Program-made: the position numbers and the translations under genes
Assembly (NCBI GenBank): GCA_900769325.1
Contig: CAAGGF010000077.1
Coordinates: forward strand, 43,281-107,280
DNA length: 64,000 bases
Direction of reading: 5' to 3'
DNA from: Spirochaetia bacterium
Lineage (GTDB): Bacteria > Spirochaetota > Spirochaetia > Treponematales > Treponemataceae
Notes under the pieces: generated by a model
Seen by the model: only the letters and a program-made list of their open reading frames with translations
What the model was told of the DNA's origin: nothing
Databases searched by the model: none
Shown here: in pieces, positions 29,499 through 39,748 of the stretch
Layout of the letters: the number at the start of each line of letters is the position of its first letter
Position numbering within the stretch: the first letter of the stretch is position 1

Positions 29499-30623
29499 AT
29501 GAGTGAAAAATCTGCTTTCAGTCTTTTAAATCCGTCTCTTATAGAAAATTTAAAAAAAATCAACATAACAGAACCGACTCCTGTTCAAAATACTGTAATT
29601 CCTAAAATTCTTAATAAAGAAAATATCGTCTTTCAGTCAGAAACAGGAACCGGAAAAACTTTTGCTTTTGCCCTTCCGTTAATTTCAAATATTTTAAACT
29701 CGCCTTCAAATTCTGAACATGCAAAAATCATGATAATTTCTCCGACATTTGAACTTTCTTCCCAAATAAAACAGGCGATTCAATCTTTAACAAATTTAAA
29801 AACCGCACTTTTCATCGGGGGAACTCCTTTAAAAAGACAGATTGAAACTTTAAAAGAAAAACCACAGATTGTAATCGGAACGACCGTCCGCCTTACAGAG
29901 CTAATTCTTCTAAAAAAATTAAAAGTTCAGAATTTACAAACCGTAGTTTTCGATGAAGCAGACCGTCTTTTAAAAAAAGAATCAAAAAGCGAAACAGAAA
30001 AACTTCTTTCACTTCTTCCAAAAGACATTCAAACAATCGCGTGTTCTGCTACAATCGACAAAAATACAAAGAATTTTTTCAAAAGCGAAGTCGTTCTTCT
30101 TCCGCCTGAAGATATTTTAAAAACAAGAGTAACGCACTGGGCAATTTTTTCAGAAAAAAGAGACAAAATCGACACCTTACGAAAATTCATTTACGCAGAA
30201 AATCCTGAAAAACTTTTAATTTTCACTTCCCGACCGCAAGATGTTGAAAACATTTATTTAAAATTAAAATACAAAAAAATAAACTGCACCTGTCTTCATT
30301 CAAAAAACGACAAGCAGGAAAGAAAAACTGCAATCGACCGTTTTAAAAGCGGAAAAGAAAAAATTTTAATTACAAGCGACCTTTCATCCCGCGGCCTTGA
30401 CATTCAGAATATAAGTCACATCGTGCAGATGGATTTGCCGGAAAACACAGATTTTTTTATTCACAGAGCCGGAAGAACTGCCCGGGCCGGAAAAAAAGGC
30501 ATTAATGTTGTAATCGGAGATGAATTTGAAATGCAGAATTATTCAAAACTTGAAAAAAAACTGAACATCACGGTTTATCCAAAAGAAATCTACAAAGGAA
30601 AAATCATAGAGCCAAGCCTTTAA
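29499..30623 (+). CDS. DEAD-box RNA helicase (minimal core)
   Basis: PTPVQ, SETGTGKT, PTFEL, DEAD, SAT, RGLD, HRAGRTAR. Confidence 0.92.
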   Translation: MSEKSAFSLLNPSLIENLKKINITEPTPVQNTVIPKILNKENIVFQSETGTGKTFAFALPLISNILNSPSNSEHAKIMIISPTFELSSQIKQAIQSLTNLKTALFIGGTPLKRQIETLKEKPQIVIGTTVRLTELILLKKLKVQNLQTVVFDEADRLLKKESKSETEKLLSLLPKDIQTIACSATIDKNTKNFFKSEVVLLPPEDILKTRVTHWAIFSEKRDKIDTLRKFIYAENPEKLLIFTSRPQDVENIYLKLKYKKINCTCLHSKNDKQERKTAIDRFKSGKEKILITSDLSSRGLDIQNISHIVQMDLPENTDFFIHRAGRTARAGKKGINVVIGDEFEMQNYSKLEKKLNITVYPKEIYKGKIIEPSL

Positions 30624-30658
30624 GTTTTTACTTTTCTTTTTAAACTTAGAATCATTTA

Positions 30659-30687
30659 TTGAAATAGATAAGTTTAATCAGTATAAT
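30659..30687 (+). promoter_or_regulatory. Sigma70-type promoter of smc operon
   Basis: TTGAAA (30659-30664), 17 nt, TATAAT (30682-30687). Confidence 0.7.
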
Positions 30688-30696
30688 GTAGGTTAT

Positions 30697-30720
30697 CTCT
30701 AAAAACTGAATTTTTTAGAG
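30697..30720. repeat. Palindrome CTCTAAAAA-N6-TTTTTAGAG in smc leader
   Basis: 9-bp perfect inverted repeat with the same arms as the 42793-42831 hairpin. Confidence 0.6.
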
Positions 30721-30767
30721 GGTTCTTGAAGATATTTTTATAACAATTTAATTTTTTTGAGGTCATT

Positions 30768-33700
30768 TTGTTTCTTAAAAGTCTTGATATTTTTGGATTT
30801 AAATCTTTTGCAGACAGAACTCATATCGATTTTTCTGACGGAATTACAGCGCTTTTAGGTCCAAACGGCTGCGGAAAAAGCAATATTGTCGATGCCATAA
30901 AATGGGTACTCGCAGAAAATAAAGCAAAAAATTTGAGGGCAACTTCAAAAGAAGATGTAATTTTTAACGGAACTGAACGACGCTCACCTTTAAATGTTGC
31001 AGAAGTCACTTTGACAATGAGCAATGAAACAGGTCTTCTTCCGCTTGAAGAATCAGAAATTGCAATCAAAAGGCGTCTTTACCGAAACGGCGACAACGAA
31101 TATTTCATCAACAACAAACCAGCCTCTGGAAGAGATATTTTAAGGCTTTTCATGGACACAGGCGTTGGAAAATCTGCCTATTCTGTAATGGAACAGGGAA
31201 AAATCGATCAGATTCTTTCAAGCAAACCAGAAGATCGCCGTTACCTTTTTGAAGAAGCGGCCGGAATCAGCAAAAGCAAAGTCGAATGTCAGGAAGCCGA
31301 AAGACAGCTTGAAATCGTCAGAAACAATATGAAGCAAATCGAAGCCTCAATCGTAGAAATCAAAAAAAGCTACGACACTCTCAAAGTTCAGGCTGAAAAA
31401 ACTTCAAAATACCGCAATCTCAAAGAAGAAATTTTCAATTACGATTTAGACATCACTCTCATAAAATTAAAAAATTTCATTCAGGAAAAAGCCCGCCACG
31501 AAAAAGAATTGCGCGAAGTTGAATTAAAACGAAACGAAGTCAGAAGTCAGATCGATGAAATCAACAATTCAATCACAGAAAACACAGATAAAGTAAAAGA
31601 AATGCAGGAAATGCTTTATTCAAAGCAAACTGAAGCATTCGGACTGCAAAAAGAAAAAAACGGCAAACTCGAATTAATAAAAAAATTCAACGAAGATGAC
31701 TCAAAAATAAAGTTAAAAATTACGCAGCTTGAAGCAACTTTAAAATCTGTTCAGGACAGAATCGACGATTTAACACAGGAAATCGACGAAAACAAAGCGT
31801 CCCTGCACGATAAACAAAAGCAGCTTTCAGACATTTCAACAAACATCGAAAATTTTAAAGAAAACATCGAACTTTCTTCAAATCAAATTACAGAAAATTC
31901 AAAAACCATTCAAAACATAAAAGAAAAAATTCAAGATTTAACAGAAAAAGACCACACTCTTCAGCAAAACCTTACGCAAATAACAGAAGACATAGTAACG
32001 CTTCTCGATTCAAAAATGAATGAACAGGGATTTTCTGAAAATGCAATGAAAACCGCTCGTGAAAATCTTGAAATGACAGTTTCAAAATTAAAAATTTTCA
32101 CTGAAGGCCGGAAAAACATTTTTTCAGATTTTATCGCAGCATCCTCTTCAAATCTTGAGCAATGGCAGAAAAAATTAAAAGAAGCAGCAGACGCTTTTTC
32201 AGAAGCAAATGAACTTACAGTTTTGCTTGAAAAGAGCCTTGATGATTTTATAAATTCTTCACCGTCGTTTATTTCAGATTTTCTTTCTCCAGAAGGAATA
32301 ATGACAAAAAAACGCAAAATCGACTCAGAAATTCAGGAAAATAAAAACGCCATCTCATCAAATTCGGCAAAAATTGAAGAACTTAATTCAGAAAATTCTT
32401 TGCTTTCTACAAAAATTGACGAATTTAAAGACACACTCGACAAATTAAAACTCAATAAAGTCAGAATGCAGGAACAGATTTCCTCAAGCGAAAAACAGGT
32501 TTTGATTCTTCAAAGAAACCTTTCAACTGAACAAAATTCTCTGCGTGGAACTGAAGACCAGCTTTATGAAGAAAACAAAGCTCATGAAGATTTACAGGAA
32601 CAGATTATTGACCTTCAAAGCGAACTTGCCGAAATCGAACACAAAGGCCAGAAACTCGTCGAAGAAATGAACAGCCTTGACGAAAAAATTCAGGAAAGCA
32701 ACAGCCGGGTTTCAGGTAAAAAAGATACTTTAATCAGAAAGCAGAACGAACAGAAAAAATATCAGGAGCAGTTTGAAAAACTTTCTCTTTCACTTGCATC
32801 TTCAGAGACAGAAATCAAAAACATCAAGCAGAATTTCCAGGAACAAAATTCCAGGGACTTGATGGAATTTGAAGAGCACATGTATAAAATTACCGAGCCG
32901 ATTGCAGATTTGCGTGAAAAACTTTCAAAAGCCAAAACTGAATTTAAAAATTTAGGTCAGGTAAATCTCATGGCGGTCGAAGAATTTGCAGAACAAAAAG
33001 AACGCTATGAAAAGCAAAAAGCAAATTACGATGACACTCAGAAAAGCCTTGAAAACCTTATCCGCGTAAGTGAAGAAATAAAGGCAAAATCTTCTGAAAT
33101 GTTCATAGAAACATACAATAAAATCAAAAAGAACTTCCATAATATGTTCAGAAGGCTTTTCAACGGAGGACGGGCAGAATTAAAACTTCAGGATCCGCAG
33201 AATGTCTTAACAAGCGGAATCGATATCTTAGCTCAGCCGCCTGGAAAAAAACTTGAAAGCATCGGTCTTTTAAGCGGAGGGGAAAAAACTATGACTGCTG
33301 TTGCACTTTTATTTGCAACTTATCAGGTTCGCCCAAGCCCTTTCTGTCTTTTAGACGAAATCGATGCCGCTCTTGACGATAAAAATGTTTCTAGTTTTGT
33401 AACTGCACTTGAATCTTTCTCAAAAGTAAGCCAGTACATTGTCATCACCCATAACAAAAAAACTGTATTAGGTGCAAAAACAATGCTTGGAATTACAATG
33501 GAAGAATCCGGCGTTAGTAAAATAGTTCAGTTCAGGCTCGACAAAGACATAAAAATCGGTTCTGTCACAGATGAAAATTCTGAAATTTTTGTCGAAGAAG
33601 ATGTTCCGCCGGAAGAAAACGCATATATTCCGCCAAGACCAAAACCGCGCGTTCACAATCCTGACGGAACAATTTACGACCCGGAAATCGAAAAATACAG

Positions 33701-33827
33701 AAAAGAATTAAAAGAAAAGGAACTTCAAGAAAAGAAGGCACAGGCTGAAGCAAAAAAAGCGGCTATGGAACTTGAAAATAAATCTTCAGAAGAAGATTCA
33801 CAAACAACTTCCGATTCTGAAAATTAA
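30768..33827 (+). CDS. smc: Chromosome segregation SMC ATPase (short spirochaete type)
   Basis: FKSF, GPNGCGKS, QG Q-loop, coiled coils, LSGGE, LLDEIDAALD, ITH; TTG start with GAGG SD. Confidence 0.92.
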   Translation: MFLKSLDIFGFKSFADRTHIDFSDGITALLGPNGCGKSNIVDAIKWVLAENKAKNLRATSKEDVIFNGTERRSPLNVAEVTLTMSNETGLLPLEESEIAIKRRLYRNGDNEYFINNKPASGRDILRLFMDTGVGKSAYSVMEQGKIDQILSSKPEDRRYLFEEAAGISKSKVECQEAERQLEIVRNNMKQIEASIVEIKKSYDTLKVQAEKTSKYRNLKEEIFNYDLDITLIKLKNFIQEKARHEKELREVELKRNEVRSQIDEINNSITENTDKVKEMQEMLYSKQTEAFGLQKEKNGKLELIKKFNEDDSKIKLKITQLEATLKSVQDRIDDLTQEIDENKASLHDKQKQLSDISTNIENFKENIELSSNQITENSKTIQNIKEKIQDLTEKDHTLQQNLTQITEDIVTLLDSKMNEQGFSENAMKTARENLEMTVSKLKIFTEGRKNIFSDFIAASSSNLEQWQKKLKEAADAFSEANELTVLLEKSLDDFINSSPSFISDFLSPEGIMTKKRKIDSEIQENKNAISSNSAKIEELNSENSLLSTKIDEFKDTLDKLKLNKVRMQEQISSSEKQVLILQRNLSTEQNSLRGTEDQLYEENKAHEDLQEQIIDLQSELAEIEHKGQKLVEEMNSLDEKIQESNSRVSGKKDTLIRKQNEQKKYQEQFEKLSLSLASSETEIKNIKQNFQEQNSRDLMEFEEHMYKITEPIADLREKLSKAKTEFKNLGQVNLMAVEEFAEQKERYEKQKANYDDTQKSLENLIRVSEEIKAKSSEMFIETYNKIKKNFHNMFRRLFNGGRAELKLQDPQNVLTSGIDILAQPPGKKLESIGLLSGGEKTMTAVALLFATYQVRPSPFCLLDEIDAALDDKNVSSFVTALESFSKVSQYIVITHNKKTVLGAKTMLGITMEESGVSKIVQFRLDKDIKIGSVTDENSEIFVEEDVPPEENAYIPPRPKPRVHNPDGTIYDPEIEKYRKELKEKELQEKKAQAEAKKAAMELENKSSEEDSQTTSDSEN

Positions 33828-33853
33828 TTTTTTTTTGAGGACTAAAATAAAAA

Positions 33854-34225
33854 ATGTCATTTTTTAAAGAAGCATTTGAAAAAATAAAAATTCTCATAGA
33901 CGAACATAAAAGACAGACTGTCCTAATCTGTGGACTCCTCATTTTTATGACGATTTGTGCAGTTTTCATATTGATTTTTTCAAATATTTCATTCAATAAA
34001 AAAGACTCTTTTCAAATTCCAGAAAAATTATATCTTTCAGAAAAACTTCTTCTTCCAAAAAATTCCCTTGAAAACCAGAATTACATTCAGTCAAGAAAAA
34101 CGCCTGAAAAATGGTCAAAAGAAGAAGCAGAAAAATATTTTACACTTCCCTCTCAATCTGAGGTAAAAAAACTTTCTGATTCAAATAAAAAAATCATAAA
34201 TGAAATTCTTGGGGCAACGCCGTGA
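33854..34225 (+). CDS. Hypothetical single-pass membrane protein
   Basis: One TM segment; stop overlaps next start (GTGA). Confidence 0.7.
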   Translation: MSFFKEAFEKIKILIDEHKRQTVLICGLLIFMTICAVFILIFSNISFNKKDSFQIPEKLYLSEKLLLPKNSLENQNYIQSRKTPEKWSKEEAEKYFTLPSQSEVKKLSDSNKKIINEILGATP

Positions 34226-35673
34226 AACTTCAAAAATTTTTAATTAGAATTTTATTTTTTTCATTGATATTTTTCTCGTGTGCAACAACAAAAAATGTAA
34301 CTTCAGAGGCTTCCGTAAATGGCGATGATGAAATTTTAAATCAACTGGAAGTTTCAGAAGAAGACGATAAAAACTCTCAGAGCGAAGAGCCTTTATTAGA
34401 AGAAAAAATTACGGAAGAATACCTTCCTCCGCTTGAAATTCCAGAAGTAAATCAAACAGAAGAAGCAAAAATCGAAAAAATCGAAACAGAAAGCGAACTT
34501 TCTCCAATTGAAAATATTTTTTCAGAGGAAGAACAAAAAGAAGAACCGGAAATAATCGACATCAAAGAAGAAATCCCGGAAAATCCTGAAGATTATACAA
34601 ATATTACCGAAGACCCTGAAGAAAACTCAAATAAAATTGAAGAAATAAAATCAGATGAAAAAAGTCTCCCACAAGAAGAAAACTTTACAGACGATGATGA
34701 AGATGATTTACAAAAACCTTTAGAAGATGAAAACTCAGAAGGACTTATTCAAGAAGAAAGCGAAAATTCTTTAGAAGAAAATCAAACTGAAGAAATTCAA
34801 GAACAAACTGAAATAAAACCTTCCCGTTCAGTTTCAATGAAAAATTATCAGTATCTTGACATCGTTTATCCTGGAAACGGCTGGATTTACCTTGGTGAAT
34901 CTGACAATTCAAAAAATTTCATTTTTTATGGAAGAAAACTCGGCGGAAAAGATACTTCGTTTACCCTGAGGTCAAAAAATCCTGGAAGATTTATCCTTCA
35001 CTTTTACAAAAATGATGCACTTACAGGAAATTTCATAGACGATTATCTTGAAGTAATTGTAGATGACGAAAAATCATCTTCAAACGAACACATTCTCTGT
35101 CCGATGTACAAAGAAGTTGTTCCGCCAAAATACGAAAAAAATCAGATTAAAGACGAAAGTTTTCAAAATGAAGAATTTCTAAAAGAAAACAAAAAAGAAA
35201 TAGAAAATATTCCTCAAGAAAAGGAAAAAGAACCAAAGGAAGAAAAATCCATTCAGGGAGAAACTGTAATTCAAAACACATCTCTAGAAGACAAAAATTC
35301 AGAAGAAAAAAGTTTACCTGAAAATTCTTTGAAACTTGAAAATTCTAAAAATTCGACTGAAAAACAAACTGAAGAAACTTCCTCTTTACCTGTTGAACTT
35401 CTTTTAGACAAAGCAAAAGAACTTTATGAACAAAAAAATTATGAAGAAGCAAAAAAACTTTTAGACAATTTTCTTCTTTCATCAGTTTCAAGAATTGATG
35501 AAGCACTTTTCCTTCAGGGGCAAATTCTTGAAGCAAAATCTCCCGTTCAAAATATAAAAGGAGCTGTAGATTCTTATGATTTAATCGTAAAACGCTATCC
35601 AAAAAGCAAATTCTGGGCACAGGCAAATAAAAGAAGCATTTATTTAAAACGCTTTTATATTAATATAAATTAA
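34222..35673 (+). CDS. Lipoprotein with acidic low-complexity linkers and C-terminal TPR
   Basis: Lipobox FFSC; E/D-rich tracts; C-terminal TPR-like helices (AKELYEQKNYEEA, ALFLQGQ, YPKS). Confidence 0.75.
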   Translation: MKLQKFLIRILFFSLIFFSCATTKNVTSEASVNGDDEILNQLEVSEEDDKNSQSEEPLLEEKITEEYLPPLEIPEVNQTEEAKIEKIETESELSPIENIFSEEEQKEEPEIIDIKEEIPENPEDYTNITEDPEENSNKIEEIKSDEKSLPQEENFTDDDEDDLQKPLEDENSEGLIQEESENSLEENQTEEIQEQTEIKPSRSVSMKNYQYLDIVYPGNGWIYLGESDNSKNFIFYGRKLGGKDTSFTLRSKNPGRFILHFYKNDALTGNFIDDYLEVIVDDEKSSSNEHILCPMYKEVVPPKYEKNQIKDESFQNEEFLKENKKEIENIPQEKEKEPKEEKSIQGETVIQNTSLEDKNSEEKSLPENSLKLENSKNSTEKQTEETSSLPVELLLDKAKELYEQKNYEEAKKLLDNFLLSSVSRIDEALFLQGQILEAKSPVQNIKGAVDSYDLIVKRYPKSKFWAQANKRSIYLKRFYININ

Positions 35674-35688
35674 AACTAGAGGTTTACT

Positions 35689-36303
35689 ATGAAAAAAATC
35701 AAATTTTTCCTTCTTCCGCTTGCAATTCTTCTTTTTTCAGGTTGCTACAGGAATCAGGAAATTCAGCCGCAGAAAAGCATTACTGTAAACGGAACAGGAA
35801 CAGTTTCCAGCGTTCCAGACAAGGCTTTTCTCATTTTTACCGTAACGACTTCAGGCTGGAGTGCAAAAAACATCACTTTGGACAACGATACAATTTCAAA
35901 CAGACTGATAGATTCAATAAAAAATATCGGAGTTAGCGAAGAAGACATTTCAAAATCGGAATGTGTCATTTCAAATTCTGGAAATTCTTACGAATCTAAA
36001 CGGAATATTTCTGTAACTGTAAGAAACCTTTCTCTTGTTCCGCAGATTATCGACTGCAAAACTGCTTCAATAAAATTAAAATCAGTTGAATACTCTGTTG
36101 ATGACGAACAGACTCTCACAAGACAGGCAAGAACTCAGGCAATCAAAAACGCACAGGATGCCGCTTCCCTTTTTGCAGGAGCAAGCGGAACTAAAACAGG
36201 AGGAGTCATAAATCTTTTTGATATGAACTGTCAGAAAATTCTTGACGATTCTGGAAAAATAAACATTACGGCAACTGTTTCAGTTACTTTTGAAATTCAA
36301 TAA
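35689..36303 (+). CDS. SIMPL (DUF541/YggE-like) lipoprotein
   Basis: Lipobox FSGC; ITVNGTG.V...PD.A; AR..AI.NA...A; C-terminal VSVTFEI. Confidence 0.8.
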   Translation: MKKIKFFLLPLAILLFSGCYRNQEIQPQKSITVNGTGTVSSVPDKAFLIFTVTTSGWSAKNITLDNDTISNRLIDSIKNIGVSEEDISKSECVISNSGNSYESKRNISVTVRNLSLVPQIIDCKTASIKLKSVEYSVDDEQTLTRQARTQAIKNAQDAASLFAGASGTKTGGVINLFDMNCQKILDDSGKINITATVSVTFEIQ

Positions 36304-36334
36304 AATATTTGCAAAGGTATAAGATGGAGGAATT

Positions 36335-37618
36335 ATGTTAGATTATAAATTTATAAAAGACAATCTTGAAGCGGTAAAAGAAAACATTAAAAACCGCAAT
36401 ATGAACGCAGATGCAGACAAAGTTGTTGAATTATACGACAAACGCACGAGCCTTGTTACAAAACAGCAGGATTTACAGCAGAAGCGAAACGAAAACGCAA
36501 AAGCCATGAAGCAAAAACTCGACGATGCAAAAAGAAGTGAACTTGTCAATGCCGGAAAAAAGATTAAAGACGACATACAGATTCTTGAAAAAGAACTTTC
36601 ACAGGTAGAAAAAGACCTTGAAGACGCAGCCCGCCAGATTCCGAATATGATGCACCCTGATGCTCCAATCGGAAAACTTGATACTGAAAACCTTGAAGTT
36701 AAAAAAGTCGGAACACCACGCGTTTTTGATTTTGAAGTAAAAGATCATGTTCAGATTGCAGAAGAATTAGACCTCCTTGATTTTGACCGGGGAACAAAAG
36801 TTTCAGGTCCAAAATTTTATTATCTTAAAAATGAAGCAGTTTTTCTTGAACAGGCTCTAATTCAGTATGCGTTAAATATTTTAAGAAAACACGGATTTGA
36901 ACTTTTCATAACTCCTGATGTTGCCCGCGAAGAAGTTTTAAAAGGAATCGGTTTTAATCCGCGTGGAAACGAATCAAATGTTTATTCAATTGAAGACGAA
37001 GGAACTTGTCTTGTTGCAACTGCAGAAATCACTTTAGGTGGCTACCATTCAGGCGAAATTCTTGATAAATCAAAACTTCCTCTTTTATACGGCGGACTTT
37101 CACACTGTTTCAGACGGGAAGCAGGAGCAGCCGGCCAGTTTTCAAAAGGCCTTTACCGCGTTCATCAGTTTGACAAAGTTGAAATGTTCGTTTATTCAAC
37201 ACCGGAACAATCGGATGCCCTTCATTTAAAACTGCGCGAAATCGAAGAAGAAATTTTTGAAGGACTTGGCATTCCTTTCCATGTTGTTGACACATGTTCA
37301 GGAGATCTTGGAGCCCCTGCATACAGAAAATGGGATCTTGAAGCATGGATGCCTGGAAGAAACGGCGGAGAATACGGAGAAGTAACTTCTACTTCAAACT
37401 GTACAGATTATCAGTCAAGAAGACTTAATATCAAATATAAAGACGATGATGGTAAAAATAAATATGTTCACACATTAAACGGAACTGCAATCGCTGTAGG
37501 AAGGGCAATGCTTGCAATTCTTGAAAACTACCAGAATGCAGACGGTTCGGTAACAATTCCGAGCGTTTTAGTGCCGTTCTGCGGTTTTGACAAAATATAT
37601 CCAAAAAATAAACAATAA
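36335..37618 (+). CDS. serS: Serine--tRNA ligase
   Basis: MLD start, IPN, TAE, CFRREAG, GLYRVHQF, DLEAW, SNCTDYQSRR, HTLNGT; GGAGG SD. Confidence 0.97.
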   Translation: MLDYKFIKDNLEAVKENIKNRNMNADADKVVELYDKRTSLVTKQQDLQQKRNENAKAMKQKLDDAKRSELVNAGKKIKDDIQILEKELSQVEKDLEDAARQIPNMMHPDAPIGKLDTENLEVKKVGTPRVFDFEVKDHVQIAEELDLLDFDRGTKVSGPKFYYLKNEAVFLEQALIQYALNILRKHGFELFITPDVAREEVLKGIGFNPRGNESNVYSIEDEGTCLVATAEITLGGYHSGEILDKSKLPLLYGGLSHCFRREAGAAGQFSKGLYRVHQFDKVEMFVYSTPEQSDALHLKLREIEEEIFEGLGIPFHVVDTCSGDLGAPAYRKWDLEAWMPGRNGGEYGEVTSTSNCTDYQSRRLNIKYKDDDGKNKYVHTLNGTAIAVGRAMLAILENYQNADGSVTIPSVLVPFCGFDKIYPKNKQ

Positions 37619-37643
37619 AATTATTAAATTAACCGGGGGTTAT

Positions 37644-38798
37644 ATGCAGACTAAAAATTTTTCTCATCACATTTTTACGATTCTTCTCATTCTTGCAATA
37701 ATCACCGGTGGATTTGTCTTAAAAATTGCCCAGAATGTAATTCTTCTTGTTTTTATTTCAATTCTTCTTGCATTCGTTTTTTATCCAATCGTAAAAAAAT
37801 TGAATCAAACCGTTCACATTCCATGGACAATTTCTGTAATCATAAGCGTTTTTATCTTTGTAATTCTTTTCATGCTTCTTTTTTCAATTCTGTTTATAAG
37901 CGGAAGCAAAGTCATTGAAAATTATCCTAATTACGAAGCAAAATTTTTAACGCTTTACAAAAATTTTGAAGAAAATTTTGTCGGCTCAAAAATCGAAACC
38001 ATCATGAAAGCACTCGATGCAAATTACAAGCCTGATGAATCGTTTTTCAAAAAAATTTGGGATGCACTCAAAGTCGGAGAATTATTAAAAACACTCACCT
38101 TCTCAACATCTTCATCGATAATTTCATTTTTCAAAAACTTTTTCACAGTGCTTCTTCTGATGGTTTTCCTTTTAATCGAAATGAAAAACGGAAATGAAAA
38201 AATCGAAATGATGTTCGAAGGCAACCGAAAAACAAGTGTTCACAATATGGCTTCAAAAACAATAAAAGAAGTCGTTCATTATCTTTCAATAAAATTTTTC
38301 ATTTCGTTTGCAACTTCAGTTTTAGTTTTTATTCTTCTTATGATAATGAAAATCGATTTTGCAATAATCTGGGCATTTCTTGCATTCGTAATGAATTTTA
38401 TTCCAACTTTTGGTTCTATAATTTCAGTAGGAGTAACGGCGCTTTTTGCATTAATTCAGTATTTTCCAAATCCGCTTCCAATGTTCGTTGTATTAATCGG
38501 AATGACGGCAATAAATTTTATCCTTGGAAACATAATTGAACCAAAAATTGAAGGCGAAAATCTTGATTTAAGTCCGTTTATAATCCTTGTAAGCCTTCTT
38601 TTCTGGGGCTGGATGTGGGGATTTGTCGGAATGATTCTTTCTGTTCCTATAATGGTAATTTTAAAAATCATCTGCGAAAATTTTAAAATTCTCCACCCGA
38701 TTGCAATTCTTTTGGGAAATAAAACTTCAAAAACATTAAAGGAACTTTCAACTTTTGAAGACGAGGAAGAAAGCGACAAAAATGCTGAAAATCAATAA
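37644..38798 (+). CDS. AI-2E (PerM/TqsA) family transporter
   Basis: NFIPTFGS, GNIIEPK..G..L.LSP, FWGWMWGFVGMILSVP; probable ATG at 37644 with GGGGG SD. Confidence 0.88.
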   Translation: MQTKNFSHHIFTILLILAIITGGFVLKIAQNVILLVFISILLAFVFYPIVKKLNQTVHIPWTISVIISVFIFVILFMLLFSILFISGSKVIENYPNYEAKFLTLYKNFEENFVGSKIETIMKALDANYKPDESFFKKIWDALKVGELLKTLTFSTSSSIISFFKNFFTVLLLMVFLLIEMKNGNEKIEMMFEGNRKTSVHNMASKTIKEVVHYLSIKFFISFATSVLVFILLMIMKIDFAIIWAFLAFVMNFIPTFGSIISVGVTALFALIQYFPNPLPMFVVLIGMTAINFILGNIIEPKIEGENLDLSPFIILVSLLFWGWMWGFVGMILSVPIMVILKIICENFKILHPIAILLGNKTSKTLKELSTFEDEEESDKNAENQ

Positions 38799-38807
38799 AA
38801 TATTTTT

Positions 38808-39737
38808 TTACACAAAAAGACTTTTGGAAGTTTTTTCGTAAAGGAAACGGATATCTTCGTTTTGAATTGTAGTAAAATTACAGTCCGCACAGAATTTTTG
38901 ATTTTCATCATCAGAATAAAGGGCGGAAACTTTAAAAGTTACAAAAACATCCCTGAAAAACGCTTTTGTTTCTTTTATGGCAAAACTCATTTTTAAGGCA
39001 TATTCTTTTCCCAAATCCAGAAAAACCGAATCATTTTTTTTGTATGCAAGAACAATTCTTTCGTGGTCAACAAAAATAATATCGAAAGGTTCTACAAGAT
39101 TTTCTACAGCCTGAATTTGAGATGAAGGATTTTCGACAAGATACTTGCAGATATTTATAAGCTGAATACCCGTTCCTGCAGATTTTGTGATTTTTGCCTT
39201 TTCTACAAATTTTTCAAGGTATTCCTTTGCTTTTTTCTGATTTTCTAAATTAATTGAACTCCAGACTGGCTTTGTAAACAAGTCGAAACCGTCTTTTGGA
39301 TAGCAGAAAAAGTTTAAATCTTTGTTTGAATCAACTGAATAATAAAGAATTGCAGAAAAATCGAATTTTTTTAGGGATTCAACAGTATCTATTCTTTCAA
39401 TTTCGGAAGGAATTAAAATATATGCACCAGATTTTGAAAATTTTAAAACCGATTTGAAAAAAAGCCCTACCCGATTAAAATAAAATTCTACCTTTACTTC
39501 TTTGTCTTCAAGAATTTTTATTGATTCCGGGACATTTTGAAGAAAAATTATTCCTTCTTTTAAAACAGCCATTTTTTCCCGGCGAACTAAAACAGGAAGA
39601 ACTAAAGTTTCAACAGATTTAATTTCAGAAGAATCTTTTTTTTGTAAAACAGGCGTAATTGTTACAGGTACATTTCCGTCAATTAAATATTTTAAAACAA
39701 GTTCCCTTTCGATTCCTGTCAATTTTTTTTCAGACAT
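38808..39737 (-). CDS. Hypothetical cytoplasmic protein, possibly degenerate PilZ-like beta-barrels
   Basis: ATG at 39737 with GGGAGGAG SD; beta-rich, C-terminal F..IQNEDIRFLYE; no RxxxR/DxSxxG. CDS is solid, fold call is weak. Confidence 0.6.
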   Translation of the reverse strand: MSEKKLTGIERELVLKYLIDGNVPVTITPVLQKKDSSEIKSVETLVLPVLVRREKMAVLKEGIIFLQNVPESIKILEDKEVKVEFYFNRVGLFFKSVLKFSKSGAYILIPSEIERIDTVESLKKFDFSAILYYSVDSNKDLNFFCYPKDGFDLFTKPVWSSINLENQKKAKEYLEKFVEKAKITKSAGTGIQLINICKYLVENPSSQIQAVENLVEPFDIIFVDHERIVLAYKKNDSVFLDLGKEYALKMSFAIKETKAFFRDVFVTFKVSALYSDDENQKFCADCNFTTIQNEDIRFLYEKTSKSLFV

Positions 39738-39748
39738 AGCTCCTCCCA

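Noticed and set aside
34330..34810. Glu-rich tract as tandem repeat
   Set aside because: Low-complexity coding sequence without a discrete repeat unit
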